From the UHGV virus genome UHGV-0086135: a stretch of DNA of 64,000 bases. One strand, written 5' to 3'. The notes beneath the pieces are model-generated. The model ran no database searches. It was not told the origin of the DNA and saw only the letters and a list, made by a program, of their open reading frames with translations. The DNA is from a virus. A program made the translations under genes and the position numbers. The first letter of the stretch is position 1. Every line of letters starts with the position of its first letter. Of the stretch, positions 28,227 to 38,814 are shown in pieces.

Positions 28227-28413
28227 CATTAACGATGAATTCGTAGCAAATATTGATTACACCGAAGAAGATTCTAGATATGTTGGAATAATTTATATCA
28301 CATCAAAAGCAGCGCAAGGTGTTGTTTGCATGGCTGAATTTGATGAATACTTTTTAGATTATGATGATATGATAGAATGGTCTAAAAGATACATTAAAAG
28401 GAATCTTTTGTGA
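28150..28413 (+). CDS. hypothetical protein (start uncertain; alternative GTG 28207)
   Basis: Overlaps previous ORF by 77 nt in another frame. Confidence 0.3.
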   Translation: MTHLNHYKIWLYLVLRMHTVKFSTFDINDEFVANIDYTEEDSRYVGIIYITSKAAQGVVCMAEFDEYFLDYDDMIEWSKRYIKRNLL

Positions 28414-30092
28414 AGAATTTTAAACTAAACCGAGTTAGGTATCAAAATATAATGTCAGTAGGTGGAAATCCTATTGACATTCAACTAGATAAGGTTCAAA
28501 AAACTCTTATTACTGGGCGAAATGGCGGTGGTAAGTCTACTATGTTAGAAGCCATCACATTTGGGCTTTTTGGCAAGCCATTTCGTGATGTAAAGAAAGG
28601 TCAATTAATAAACAGCACAAATAAGAAAGAACTTTTAGTTGAACTGTGGATGGAATATGATGAGAAAAAGTACTATATCAAAAGAGGACAAAAACCGAAT
28701 GTTTTCGAAATCACCGTTAACGGTACACGTCTTAATGAATCTGCCAGCAGTAAAGATTTCCAAGCAGAATTTGAACAGCTTATCGGAATGTCATATGCCA
28801 GTTTCAAACAGATCGTCGTACTCGGCACGGCTGGATATACCCCTTTTATGGGCCTATCCACTCCTGCAAGAAGAAAACTCGTCGAAGACCTGCTCGAGGT
28901 AGGAACATTAGCTGAAATGGATAAGCTTAATAAAGCACTAATACGTGAATTAAATTCACAAAACCAAGTGCTTGATGTTAAAAAAGATAGTATTATCCAG
29001 CAAATTAAAATATATAATGATAACGTTGAACGCCAGAAAAAATTAACTGGTGATAACCTTACTCGTCTACAGAATATGTATGATGATTTGGCAAAAGAAG
29101 CTAGAACGTTAAAATCGGAAATAGAAGAAGCTAATGAAAGATTAGTTAATATTGTTTTGGATGAAGACCCGACTGATGCATTTAATAAAATCGGTCAAGA
29201 AGCATTTTTAATTAAATCAAAAATTGACTCGTATAATAAAGTCATTAATATGTATCACGAAGGTGGATTATGTCCAACCTGTTTGTCACAATTAAGTTCC
29301 GGTGATAAAGTTGTTTCTAAAATTAAAGATAAAGTTTCTGAATGCACACATTCGTTTGAACAGCTTTCAACACATCGTGATAATTTAAAAGTTCTTGTTG
29401 ATGAATACCGAGATAATATTAAAACCCAGCAGACGTTGGCGAATGATATTCGCAATAAAAAGCAATCTCTAATCACGACGGTAGATAAAGCTAAAAAAGT
29501 TAAAGCAGCTATAGAAAAAGCATCATCTGAGTTTATTGACCATGCTGATGAAATAGCACTGCTTCAAGAAGAACTTGATAAAATTGTTAAGACAAAAACT
29601 AATTTGGTAATGGAAAAATACCACAGAGGAATTTTGACTGATATGCTCAAAGATTCTGGTATTAAAGGTGCTATTATTAAAAAGTACATTCCATTATTTA
29701 ATAAGCAGATTAACCATTATCTTAAAATAATGGAAGCGGATTATGTGTTTACATTAGATGAAGAATTTAATGAGACAATTAAATCCCGTGGTCGTGAAGA
29801 TTTTAGTTATGCTTCATTTAGTGAAGGTGAAAAAGCACGAATTGATATTGCTCTTTTATTTACTTGGCGTGATATTGCTTCTATTGTATCTGGTGTTAGT
29901 ATTAGTACATTAATACTCGATGAAGTGTTTGATGGGTCATTTGATGCCGAAGGTATTAAAGGTGTAGCTAATATTATAAATTCAATGAAAAATACTAATG
30001 TTTTTATAATTTCACATAAAGACCATGACCCACAAGAATATGGTCAGCATCTTCAAATGAAGAAAGTTGGTCGATTTACTGTAATGGTTTAA
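28410..30092 (+). CDS. 46: recombination ATPase subunit gp46 (Rad50-like)
   Basis: 560 aa; Walker A GRNGGGKST, coiled coil with CPTC hook, Walker B LILDEVFDG. Confidence 0.9.
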   Translation: MKNFKLNRVRYQNIMSVGGNPIDIQLDKVQKTLITGRNGGGKSTMLEAITFGLFGKPFRDVKKGQLINSTNKKELLVELWMEYDEKKYYIKRGQKPNVFEITVNGTRLNESASSKDFQAEFEQLIGMSYASFKQIVVLGTAGYTPFMGLSTPARRKLVEDLLEVGTLAEMDKLNKALIRELNSQNQVLDVKKDSIIQQIKIYNDNVERQKKLTGDNLTRLQNMYDDLAKEARTLKSEIEEANERLVNIVLDEDPTDAFNKIGQEAFLIKSKIDSYNKVINMYHEGGLCPTCLSQLSSGDKVVSKIKDKVSECTHSFEQLSTHRDNLKVLVDEYRDNIKTQQTLANDIRNKKQSLITTVDKAKKVKAAIEKASSEFIDHADEIALLQEELDKIVKTKTNLVMEKYHRGILTDMLKDSGIKGAIIKKYIPLFNKQINHYLKIMEADYVFTLDEEFNETIKSRGREDFSYASFSEGEKARIDIALLFTWRDIASIVSGVSISTLILDEVFDGSFDAEGIKGVANIINSMKNTNVFIISHKDHDPQEYGQHLQMKKVGRFTVMV

Positions 30093-30149
30093 TTTATAAG
30101 AGATTATGCTTTAATTTATTAGAGTATAATCTCTCTATGGAGGAAAAAC

Positions 30150-30338
30150 ATGGAATATTCAACTGGACAGCATCTATTAACTATTCCTGAAATAAAACGA
30201 TATATTCTGAGAAATAATTTTTCTAATGAAGAGCATATAGTTACTGAATCTATGCTTAAGAATGCATTTAAAGCAGAATATACGAAAATAATGTCCAACA
30301 GAAATGAAGCTTGGACTGTTACTGATTATTATGACTAA
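30150..30338 (+). CDS. hypothetical protein, 62 aa
   Basis: GGAGG SD. Confidence 0.45.
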   Translation: MEYSTGQHLLTIPEIKRYILRNNFSNEEHIVTESMLKNAFKAEYTKIMSNRNEAWTVTDYYD

Positions 30339-30347
30339 AGGTGTATT

Positions 30348-30737
30348 ATGACTAAAATTACTGTGAATTATACTGTTGATGTAAAAGATATTCAGCCAAA
30401 ACACGTGCGTTCTGAATCAAATCCACAAAATCAAAATAAAATTCGTCGAGCATGGGTTTTGTCTCTTTCTGATAACGCGATGGAAGTTATTCAGAATAAA
30501 ATTAAATCTGCACCTGCTCGTCATGCGTATTATGAAGCTATCGATCGTGAAGTAAGTAATAAATGGATTGAACTAATGCGCAAACATACGACAGAATCTT
30601 TAAATGCTGGTGCTAAATTTATTATGACTTCATGTGGTGAGCGCCTTGAAGATGATTATTGCGGTAATGCAGATGAACGCCTAATTGTCGCTGCTCAAAT
30701 TGTTGCGGAAACAATTGCTGCCGATTTTAATCGTTAA
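30348..30737 (+). CDS. rpbA: RNA polymerase binding protein RpbA
   Basis: 129 aa at conserved position between 46 and 45. Confidence 0.75.
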
Positions 30738-30763
30738 TTGCTTTATTAAATTAGTTATAAAAT
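30737..30763 (+). promoter_or_regulatory. candidate middle promoter (MotA box ATTGCTTTA + TAAAAT)
   Basis: Consensus box 30737-30745, TAnnnT 12 bp downstream, upstream of gene 45. Confidence 0.5.
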
Positions 30764-30792
30764 TAAATCTCATTTGAATTGAAGGAAATTAC

Positions 30793-31479
30793 ATGAAACT
30801 GTCTAAAGATACTACTGCTCTGCTTAAAAATTTCGCTACTATTAACTCTGGTATTATGCTTAAATCTGGTCAATTTATTATGACTCGCGCAGTTAATGGT
30901 ACAACTTATGCGGAAGCAAATATTTCTGACACTATTGATTTTGATGTAGCAATTTACGATTTGAACGGTTTTCTCGGTATTCTGTCTCTAGTTAATGACG
31001 ATGCAGAAATTTCCCAGTCAGAAGATGGAAATATTAAAATTGCTGATGCCCGTTCAACGATTTTTTGGCCAGCAGCCGATCCGAGTACAGTAGTTGCTCC
31101 TAATAAACCAATTCCATTCCCGGTAGCATCTGTTGTTACCGAAATTAAAGCTGAAGACCTTCAACAGCTATTGCGTGTATCTCGTGGTCTGCAGATTGAT
31201 ACAATTGCTATCACAGTAAAAGAAGGTAAAATCGTAATTAACGGTTTTAATAAAGTGGAAGATTCTGCTTTGACCCGTGTTAAATATTCTTTGACTCTTG
31301 GTGATTATGATGGTGAAAATACATTTAATTTCATTATCAATATGGCAAATATGAAAATGCAACCAGGAAATTATAAACTTCTGCTCTGGGCAAAAGGTAA
31401 ACAAGGTGCTGCTAAATTTGAAGGTGAACACGCGAATTATGTAGTAGCTCTTGAAGCTGATTCTACCCACGATTTTTAA
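30793..31479 (+). CDS. 45: sliding clamp gp45
   Basis: 228 aa acidic protein; conserved position and size. Confidence 0.95.
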   Translation: MKLSKDTTALLKNFATINSGIMLKSGQFIMTRAVNGTTYAEANISDTIDFDVAIYDLNGFLGILSLVNDDAEISQSEDGNIKIADARSTIFWPAADPSTVVAPNKPIPFPVASVVTEIKAEDLQQLLRVSRGLQIDTIAITVKEGKIVINGFNKVEDSALTRVKYSLTLGDYDGENTFNFIINMANMKMQPGNYKLLLWAKGKQGAAKFEGEHANYVVALEADSTHDF

Positions 31480-31483
31480 TAAA

Positions 31484-31495
31484 GGGCTTCGGCCC
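31484..31495 (+). terminator. UUCG-loop hairpin
   Basis: gggc-ttcg-gccc between genes 45 and 44; weak T-run. Confidence 0.4.
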
Positions 31496-31528
31496 TTAAA
31501 TTTACACTAAAACTTGAATGAGGAAATT

Positions 31529-32488
31529 ATGATTACTGTAAATGAAAAAGAACACATTCTTGAACAGAAATATCGTCCATCTACTATCGATGAATGTATT
31601 CTTCCCGCCTTTGATAAAGAAACCTTTAAATCTATTACAAGTAAAGGTAAGATTCCACATATTATTCTTCATTCTCCTTCTCCAGGAACAGGTAAAACAA
31701 CTGTAGCAAAAGCATTGTGCCATGATGTAAATGCTGATATGATGTTTGTGAATGGGTCAGATTGTAAAATTGATTTCGTTCGCGGTCCTTTGACTAATTT
31801 TGCTAGCGCAGCTTCATTTGATGGTCGTCAAAAAGTAATCGTTATTGATGAATTTGACCGTTCAGGGTTAGCAGAGTCTCAGCGACATCTTCGTTCCTTT
31901 ATGGAAGCTTATAGTTCAAACTGTAGTATTATTATTACTGCTAACAATATTGATGGTATTATTAAACCGCTTCAGTCACGCTGCCGAGTTATTACGTTCG
32001 GTCAACCGACCGATGAAGATAAAATTGAAATGATGAAGCAGATGATTCGTCGATTGACTGAAATCTGTAAGCATGAAGGAATTGCTATAGCTGATATGAA
32101 AGTTGTAGCAGCTTTAGTTAAAAAGAATTTTCCTGATTTTCGTAAAACTATTGGTGAGCTCGATAGTTATTCATCTAAAGGTGTTTTGGATGCTGGTATT
32201 TTATCACTGGTTACTAACGATCGTGGTGCTATTGATGATGTTCTTGAATCTCTCAAAAATAAAGATGTTAAACAGCTCAGAGCTTTAGCACCAAAATATG
32301 CAGCTGATTATTCGTGGTTCGTAGGTAAACTTGCCGAAGAAATCTATACACGCGTAACTCCGCAAAGTATTATTCGTATGTATGAAATTGTTGGTGAAAA
32401 TAACCAGTATCATGGAATTGCGGCTAATACTGAATTACATTTAGCATATCTTTTCATTCAATTAGCATGCGAAATGCAGTGGAAGTGA
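31529..32488 (+). CDS. 44: clamp loader large subunit gp44
   Basis: 319 aa from [17 protein letters not shown]; Walker A SPGTGKTT. Confidence 0.9.
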   Translation: MITVNEKEHILEQKYRPSTIDECILPAFDKETFKSITSKGKIPHIILHSPSPGTGKTTVAKALCHDVNADMMFVNGSDCKIDFVRGPLTNFASAASFDGRQKVIVIDEFDRSGLAESQRHLRSFMEAYSSNCSIIITANNIDGIIKPLQSRCRVITFGQPTDEDKIEMMKQMIRRLTEICKHEGIAIADMKVVAALVKKNFPDFRKTIGELDSYSSKGVLDAGILSLVTNDRGAIDDVLESLKNKDVKQLRALAPKYAADYSWFVGKLAEEIYTRVTPQSIIRMYEIVGENNQYHGIAANTELHLAYLFIQLACEMQWK

Positions 32489-32489
32489 T

Positions 32490-33053
32490 ATGAGCTTATT
32501 TGAAGATGATATTCAATTAAACGAGCATCAAGTTGCTTGGTATTCAAAAGATTGGACAGCTGTCCAATCTGCTGCTGATTCTTTTAAGGAAAAAGCTGAA
32601 AATGAATTTTTTGAAATAATTGGAGCTATTAATAATAAAACTAAATGCTCTATTGCTCAAAAAGATTATTCAAAATACATGGTCGAGAATGCATTATCAC
32701 AATTTCCTGAATGCATGCCAGCTGTATATGCGATGAATTTAATTGGATCAGGTTTAAGCGATGAAGCCCATTTTAATTATCTGATGGCTGCCGTTCCTCG
32801 GGGTAAAAGATACGGTAAATGGGCAAAACTGGTCGAAGATTCTACCGAAGTATTGATTATTAAGTTACTTGCTAAGCGGTATCAAGTTAATACAAATGAT
32901 GCAATTAACTATAAATCAATTCTTACTAAAAATGGAAAACTTCCTTTAGTATTAAAAGAACTAAAAGGTTTAGTCACGGATGATTTTTTGAAAGAAGTGA
33001 CTAAGAACGTAAAAGAACAGAAACAACTCAAAAAACTAGCATTGGAATGGTAA
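32490..33053 (+). CDS. 62: clamp loader small subunit gp62
   Basis: 187 aa at conserved position. Confidence 0.9.
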   Translation: MSLFEDDIQLNEHQVAWYSKDWTAVQSAADSFKEKAENEFFEIIGAINNKTKCSIAQKDYSKYMVENALSQFPECMPAVYAMNLIGSGLSDEAHFNYLMAAVPRGKRYGKWAKLVEDSTEVLIIKLLAKRYQVNTNDAINYKSILTKNGKLPLVLKELKGLVTDDFLKEVTKNVKEQKQLKKLALEW

Positions 33054-33054
33054 A

Positions 33055-33423
33055 ATGATTGAAATTACTCTTAAAAAACCTGAAGATTTTCTGAAAGTAA
33101 AAGAAACCTTGACTCGTATGGGAATTGCTAATAATAAAGATAAAGTTCTGTATCAGTCCTGCCATATTCTTCAGAAAAAAGGACTATACTATATCGTTCA
33201 TTTTAAAGAAATGCTTCGTATGGATGGTCGCCAGGTTGAAATGACAGAAGAAGATGAAGTTCGCCGTGATTCGATTGCGTGGCTGTTAGAAGATTGGGGA
33301 CTGATTGAAATCGTTCCTGGTCAAAGAACTTTTATGAAAGATTTAACCAATAACTTCCGAGTTATTTCTTTTAAACAAAAACATGAATGGAAACTCGTTC
33401 CTAAATATACGATTGGTAATTAA
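33055..33423 (+). CDS. regA: translational repressor RegA
   Basis: 122 aa at conserved position. Confidence 0.9.
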   Translation: MIEITLKKPEDFLKVKETLTRMGIANNKDKVLYQSCHILQKKGLYYIVHFKEMLRMDGRQVEMTEEDEVRRDSIAWLLEDWGLIEIVPGQRTFMKDLTNNFRVISFKQKHEWKLVPKYTIGN

Positions 33424-33425
33424 GC

Positions 33426-33447
33426 AAGGGGCTTCGGCCCCTTATTT
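33426..33447 (+). terminator. rho-independent terminator
   Basis: aaggggc-ttcg-gcccctt + atttgg. Confidence 0.6.
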
Positions 33448-33501
33448 GGAGTATAATATATCAAGAGCCTAATAACTCGGGCTATAAACTAAGGAATATC
33501 T

Positions 33502-36198
33502 ATGAAAGAATTTTATATCTCTATCGAAACAGTCGGAAATAATATTGTTGAGCGTTATATTGATGAAAACGGAAAGGAACGTACCCGTGAAGTAGAATAT
33601 CTTCCGACTATGTTTAGGCATTGTAAGGAAGAGTCAAAATACAAAGACATTTATGGTAAAAATTGCGCTCCTCAAAAATTTCCATCAATGAAAGATGCGC
33701 GAGACTGGATGAAGCGAATGGAAGACATCGGTCTCGAAGCTCTCGGTATGAACGATTTTAAACTCGCTTATATCAGTGATACATATGGTTCAGAAATTGT
33801 TTATGACCGAAAATTTGTTCGTGTGGCTAACTGTGACATTGAGGTTACTGGCGATAAATTTCCTGACCCAATGAAAGCAGAATATGAAATTGATGCTATC
33901 ACTCATTATGATTCAATTGACGATCGTTTTTACGTCTTTGATTTATTGAATTCAATGTACGGTTCAGTATCAAAATGGGATGCAAAGCTAGCTGCTAAGC
34001 TTGACTGTGAAGGTGGTGATGAAGTTCCTCAAGAAATTCTTGACCGAGTAATTTATATGCCATTCGATAATGAGCGTGATATGCTCATGGAATATATTAA
34101 TCTCTGGGAACAGAAACGACCTGCTATTTTTACCGGTTGGAATATTGAGGGATTTGACGTTCCGTATATCATGAATCGCGTTAAAATGGTTCTCGGTGAA
34201 CGCAGTATGAAACGCTTCTCTCCAATCGGTCGAGTAAAATCTAAACTAATTCAAAATATGTACGGTAGCAAAGAAATTTATTCTATTGATGGCGTATCTA
34301 TTCTTGATTATTTAGATTTGTACAAGAAATTCGCATTTACTAATTTGCCATCATTCTCTTTGGAATCAGTTGCTCAACATGAAACCAAAAAAGGTAAATT
34401 GCCGTACGATGGTCCTATTAATAAACTTCGTGAGACTAATCATCAACGATACATTAGTTATAACATCATTGACGTAGAATCAGTTCAAGCAATTGATAAA
34501 ATTCGTGGGTTTATCGATCTAGTTTTAAGTATGTCTTATTACGCTAAAATGCCTTTTTCTGGTGTAATGAGCCCTATTAAAACTTGGGATGCTATTATTT
34601 TTAACTCACTGAAAGGTGAACATAAGGTTATTCCTCAACAAGGTTCGCACGTTAAACAAAGTTTTCCGGGTGCATTTGTATTTGAACCTAAACCAATTGC
34701 TCGTCGATATATTATGAGTTTTGACTTGACGTCTCTGTATCCGAGCATTATTCGTCAGGTTAACATTAGTCCTGAGACTATTCGTGGGCAGTTTAAAGTT
34801 CATCCAATTCATGAATATATTGCAGGAACAGCTCCTAAACCGAGTGATGAATATTCTTGTTCTCCGAATGGATGGATGTATGATAAGCACCAAGAAGGTA
34901 TCATTCCAAAGGAAATCGCTAAAGTATTTTTCCAGCGTAAAGATTGGAAAAAGAAAATGTTCGCTGAAGAAATGAATGCCGAAGCTATTAAAAAGATTAT
35001 TATGAAAGGTGCAGGGACTTGCTCAACTAAACCAGAAGTTGAACGATATGTTAAGTTTAGCGATGATTTCTTAAACGAATTATCGAATTACACCGAATCT
35101 GTTCTTAACAGTCTGATTGAAGAATGTGAAAAAGCTGCTACACTTGCTAACACAAATCAGCTGAACCGTAAAATTCTTATTAACAGTCTTTATGGTGCTC
35201 TTGGTAATATTCATTTCCGTTACTATGATTTGCGAAATGCTACTGCTATCACAATTTTCGGTCAAGTCGGTATTCAGTGGATTGCTCGCAAAATTAATGA
35301 ATATCTAAATAAAGTGTGTGGAACTAATGGTGAAGATTTCATCGCAGCAGGTGATACTGATTCGGTATATGTTTGTGTAGATAAAGTAATTGAAAAAGTA
35401 GGTCTTGACCGCTTTAAAGAACAAAATGATTTAGTTGAATTCATGAATCAGTTTGGTAAGAAAAAGATGGAACCTATGATTGATGTTGCATATCGTGAGT
35501 TATGTGATTATATGAATAACCGCGAGCATCTGATGCATATGGACCGTGAAGCTATTTCTTGCCCTCCGCTTGGTTCAAAGGGTGTTGGTGGATTTTGGAA
35601 AGCGAAAAAACGTTATGCTCTGAACGTTTATGATATGGAAGATAAGCGATTTGCTGAACCACATCTAAAAATCATGGGTATGGAAACTCAGCAGAGTTCA
35701 ACACCAAAAGCAGTACAAGAAGCTCTCGAAGAAAGTATTCGTCGTATTCTTCAGGAAGGCGAAGAGTCTGTCCAAGAATACTACAAGAACTTTGAGAAAG
35801 AATATCGTCAACTTGACTATAAAGTTATTGCTGAAGTAAAAACTGCGAACGATATAGCGAAATATGATGATAAAGGTTGGCCAGGATTTAAATGTCCGTT
35901 CCATATTCGTGGTGTGCTAACTTATCGTCGAGCTGTTAGCGGTTTAGGTGTAGCTCCAATTTTGGATGGAAATAAGGTAATGGTTCTTCCATTACGTGAA
36001 GGAAATCCATTTGGTGACAAGTGCATTGCTTGGCCATCAGGCACAGAACTTCCAAAAGAAATTCGTTCTGATGTACTGTCTTGGATTGACTACTCAACTT
36101 TGTTCCAAAAATCGTTTGTTAAACCGCTTGCGGGCATGTGTGAATCGGCGGGTATGGACTATGAAGAAAAAGCTTCGTTAGACTTCCTGTTTGGCTGA
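33502..36198 (+). CDS. 43: DNA polymerase gp43 (family B)
   Basis: 898 aa; exonuclease and polymerase motifs incl. YGDTDS. Confidence 0.95.
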   Translation: MKEFYISIETVGNNIVERYIDENGKERTREVEYLPTMFRHCKEESKYKDIYGKNCAPQKFPSMKDARDWMKRMEDIGLEALGMNDFKLAYISDTYGSEIVYDRKFVRVANCDIEVTGDKFPDPMKAEYEIDAITHYDSIDDRFYVFDLLNSMYGSVSKWDAKLAAKLDCEGGDEVPQEILDRVIYMPFDNERDMLMEYINLWEQKRPAIFTGWNIEGFDVPYIMNRVKMVLGERSMKRFSPIGRVKSKLIQNMYGSKEIYSIDGVSILDYLDLYKKFAFTNLPSFSLESVAQHETKKGKLPYDGPINKLRETNHQRYISYNIIDVESVQAIDKIRGFIDLVLSMSYYAKMPFSGVMSPIKTWDAIIFNSLKGEHKVIPQQGSHVKQSFPGAFVFEPKPIARRYIMSFDLTSLYPSIIRQVNISPETIRGQFKVHPIHEYIAGTAPKPSDEYSCSPNGWMYDKHQEGIIPKEIAKVFFQRKDWKKKMFAEEMNAEAIKKIIMKGAGTCSTKPEVERYVKFSDDFLNELSNYTESVLNSLIEECEKAATLANTNQLNRKILINSLYGALGNIHFRYYDLRNATAITIFGQVGIQWIARKINEYLNKVCGTNGEDFIAAGDTDSVYVCVDKVIEKVGLDRFKEQNDLVEFMNQFGKKKMEPMIDVAYRELCDYMNNREHLMHMDREAISCPPLGSKGVGGFWKAKKRYALNVYDMEDKRFAEPHLKIMGMETQQSSTPKAVQEALEESIRRILQEGEESVQEYYKNFEKEYRQLDYKVIAEVKTANDIAKYDDKGWPGFKCPFHIRGVLTYRRAVSGLGVAPILDGNKVMVLPLREGNPFGDKCIAWPSGTELPKEIRSDVLSWIDYSTLFQKSFVKPLAGMCESAGMDYEEKASLDFLFG

Positions 36199-36211
36199 TA
36201 GAATAAATCTA

Positions 36212-36232
36212 GGGACCTCCGGGTCCCTTTTT
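36212..36232 (+). terminator. rho-independent terminator
   Basis: gggacc-tccg-ggtccc + ttttt. Confidence 0.75.
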
Positions 36233-36316
36233 CATACAAGTAATATAAATTCTATACTTAAGAAAAATAGATGATTCTAGGTCCTGTAAATTCATTAAAA
36301 ATTTTTTCACAAAACT

Positions 36317-36346
36317 ATTTACATCCCTGTTCTTCCGTGGTACTAT
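36317..36346 (+). promoter_or_regulatory. T4-type early promoter with conserved leader cassette
   Basis: ATTTAC 36317-36322, TACTAT 36341-36346; leader identical to 8.6 kb and 63.6 kb copies. Confidence 0.6.
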
Positions 36347-36380
36347 ACAACTATCAACTGATACGGATTTGGAGAATAAA

Positions 36381-36638
36381 ATGAAAATTGTTTATGGTTG
36401 TTTAGCAGCGTGTTTAGTTGCATTAGCAGTTGTTCTAGTTGCATTAGCAGCTGTTCCATTTATTGATATTGAAAATGACACTCAGAATGTGATTGAATCT
36501 AATACTGTTATTCACATGAATGGTAAAGTATCAACAAAAATTGATGATAATCTTCATATGAATACTAATGGAACGCTTGGTGTTCAATTAGGTAATACCT
36601 GTGTAAGCACTACTGGAGTAATTACTACTTGTATTTGA
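36381..36638 (+). CDS. small membrane protein, 85 aa (imm.1 position)
   Basis: ATG after repeated leader; hydrophobic N-terminus with internal 15-bp direct repeat. Confidence 0.5.
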   Translation: MKIVYGCLAACLVALAVVLVALAAVPFIDIENDTQNVIESNTVIHMNGKVSTKIDDNLHMNTNGTLGVQLGNTCVSTTGVITTCI

Positions 36639-36648
36639 GGAAATTATT

Positions 36649-37029
36649 ATGAAAATTGCTATTTTGGTTATTGCATTAGGTCTTACTGGCTGTGTAGCTC
36701 AAGGACCAGTAGTAAATCAGTCTGATGCAGGAAAAATTGTAAATTGTTCAAGCAAATTTTATAATCCTAATGTTAAGTGTTATAAAGAAGCTCCAAAACA
36801 GACAGTAGAACAAATGCAGGCGAATTTTGACGAAGCTATTCGTCCAGATGAATCTGCTCAAGCATATCGTAATTCAGATGTAATTACACGCGAAGAAAAA
36901 ATTGAAAACTACTGTGCTGAACTTTGGGCTAATTGGGCTAATAATTACCAATGGCGTACCGGTAAAAATGCTCCGATGGAGTATGTAGTGAATTCTTATA
37001 ATTCATGTGTAAAAAATTTGACTAAGTGA
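36649..37029 (+). CDS. predicted lipoprotein, 126 aa
   Basis: Signal peptide with lipobox LTGC. Confidence 0.55.
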   Translation: MKIAILVIALGLTGCVAQGPVVNQSDAGKIVNCSSKFYNPNVKCYKEAPKQTVEQMQANFDEAIRPDESAQAYRNSDVITREEKIENYCAELWANWANNYQWRTGKNAPMEYVVNSYNSCVKNLTK

Positions 37030-37036
37030 GGAAAAC

Positions 37037-37288
37037 ATGGAAACTTTAGTAGCAGGTTCAATTTTTATGGTTTTAGTTTCAGGCGTGTTGGCTATTATTA
37101 TATACATGCTTCCGTGGTTCATCGCCTTGATGCGTGGGTCAAAATCGACAGTAGGAATCTTTTTCACATCTTTACTGTTTAATTGGTCAATTATTGGTTG
37201 GTTTATTACATTTATTTGGTCAATTGCGGGTGAAACTAAAAAATCTGCACAGCAAAACCAAGTAATTATCATCAGAGAGAAGGAATGA
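37037..37288 (+). CDS. imm: superinfection immunity membrane protein Imm
   Basis: 83 aa two-helix membrane protein at conserved position upstream of gene 42. Confidence 0.75.
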   Translation: METLVAGSIFMVLVSGVLAIIIYMLPWFIALMRGSKSTVGIFFTSLLFNWSIIGWFITFIWSIAGETKKSAQQNQVIIIREKE

Positions 37289-37434
37289 AAAGCAAAATTT
37301 TAGCAGTATTGCTTTTAATTTTGATGATTATAATAAGTATATACTATAGCGTAACGGTTCCTTGTATGATTCCGACACTTATTATAGGTTGGGGTTTATT
37401 ACTGTTACAAGTTAAATATGAATGCATCAATTGA
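37285..37434 (+). CDS. small membrane peptide, 49 aa
   Basis: ATGA-coupled to imm; hydrophobic; not in ORF track. Confidence 0.35.
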   Translation: MKSKILAVLLLILMIIISIYYSVTVPCMIPTLIIGWGLLLLQVKYECIN

Positions 37435-37441
37435 GGTTTAA

Positions 37442-38182
37442 ATGATTAACGATTATATGACAGTTGAAGAAATCCGTCTTGATTTGGGGCTTGCATTAAA
37501 GGAAAAAGATTTCGTAGTTGATAAAACTGGTGTTAAAACTATTGAAATTATTGGTGCATCATTTGTAGCAGATGAACCGTTTATTTTTGGCGCTCTTAAT
37601 GATGAATACATTCAACGTGAACTTGAATGGTATAAATCTAAAAGTTTGTTTGTTAAAGATATTCCGGGTGAAACACCGAAGATTTGGCAGCAGGTAGCAT
37701 CTTCTAAAGGCGAAATTAACTCGAATTATGGTTGGGCCATCTGGTCAGAAGATAACTATGCCCAGTATGATATGTGTTTAGCTGAACTTGGTCAAAATCC
37801 TGATTCTCGACGTGGTATCATGATTTATACTCGTCCATCTATGCAGTTTGACTACAATAAAGATGGTATGTCAGATTTCATGTGTACGAATACCGTACAG
37901 TATCTGATTCGTGACAAGAAAGTCAATGCAGTTGTTAATATGAGAAGCAATGACTGCTGGGCAGGCTATCGTAATGATTATGCATGGCAAAAATACGTAC
38001 TAGATAAATTAGTATCTGATTTGAATGCAGGCGACCCATCGCGGCAATATAAAGCAGGTTCTATTATATGGAACGTTGGAAGTCTTCATGTGTACGAAAA
38101 TCAGTTTTATTTAGTTGACCATTGGTGGAACACTGGTGAAACTCATATTGCTAAAAAGGATTATACTGGAAAATGGAAGTAA
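37442..38182 (+). CDS. 42: dCMP hydroxymethylase gp42
   Basis: 246 aa; thymidylate-synthase-like fold; conserved position. Confidence 0.95.
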   Translation: MINDYMTVEEIRLDLGLALKEKDFVVDKTGVKTIEIIGASFVADEPFIFGALNDEYIQRELEWYKSKSLFVKDIPGETPKIWQQVASSKGEINSNYGWAIWSEDNYAQYDMCLAELGQNPDSRRGIMIYTRPSMQFDYNKDGMSDFMCTNTVQYLIRDKKVNAVVNMRSNDCWAGYRNDYAWQKYVLDKLVSDLNAGDPSRQYKAGSIIWNVGSLHVYENQFYLVDHWWNTGETHIAKKDYTGKWK

Positions 38183-38814
38183 ATGTGCCACATGTTTATA
38201 AGTATAAACATCCTAAAACTAAAAAGTGGTATATAGGAAGTCATGATGGTCACAACCCAAATTATGATGGTTCGGGTGTAGTTTGGCAACATGCTAAAAA
38301 GAAATATGGAATAAAATCCTTTAATAAAGAAATATTATATGAAGGACCAATGTTTAGACAGGTTGAAGAAATTATTTTAACTTGTTTAGATGCTGCTAAT
38401 TGTCCGGATTCATATAATTTAAAGAATGAAGCATGGGGAGGAAGTTTTCCAGGCAAATTAAATGGAATGTACGGTAAAAAACTATCTCCAGAAGAAAGAT
38501 ATAAGTGCGGAAATGCCTTTCGTGGAATCAAGCGTCCTGATCATTCTAAAAGAATGAAAGGCGAAGGTAATCCAATGTATGGTAAAAATGAGCAGGCATA
38601 TGGAATTATAAATCGAGCAAAGGAAAATTCTGGTAAAACTTATGAAGAAATTTTTGGCGCAGAAAAAGCTAAAATAATTAAAGAAACGATGTCTAAAAAT
38701 CGTAAAGGAAAACCTCATAATTTGATAGAAAAAATATGTCCGCATTGCGGACTAAAAGGACGTGGGCCAAATATGACAAGATACCATTTTGACAAATGTA
38801 AGGCACTTAAATGA
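38173..38814 (+). CDS. GIY-YIG homing endonuclease (Seg-like)
   Basis: N-terminal VYKYKHPKTKKWYIGSHDG motif; repeated GxxMYGK / KGKPHN NUMOD-like motifs. Confidence 0.6.
   Translation: MEVNVPHVYKYKHPKTKKWYIGSHDGHNPNYDGSGVVWQHAKKKYGIKSFNKEILYEGPMFRQVEEIILTCLDAANCPDSYNLKNEAWGGSFPGKLNGMYGKKLSPEERYKCGNAFRGIKRPDHSKRMKGEGNPMYGKNEQAYGIINRAKENSGKTYEEIFGAEKAKIIKETMSKNRKGKPHNLIEKICPHCGLKGRGPNMTRYHFDKCKALK

Noticed and set aside
34606-34893. Minus-strand ORFs antisense to gene 43 and other core genes (also 730-954, 1044-1256, 18650-18868, 31168-31470, 56933-57343, 57234-57557, 58068-58571)
   Set aside because: All lie antisense within conserved + strand genes, lack SD sequences and have shadow-ORF composition.
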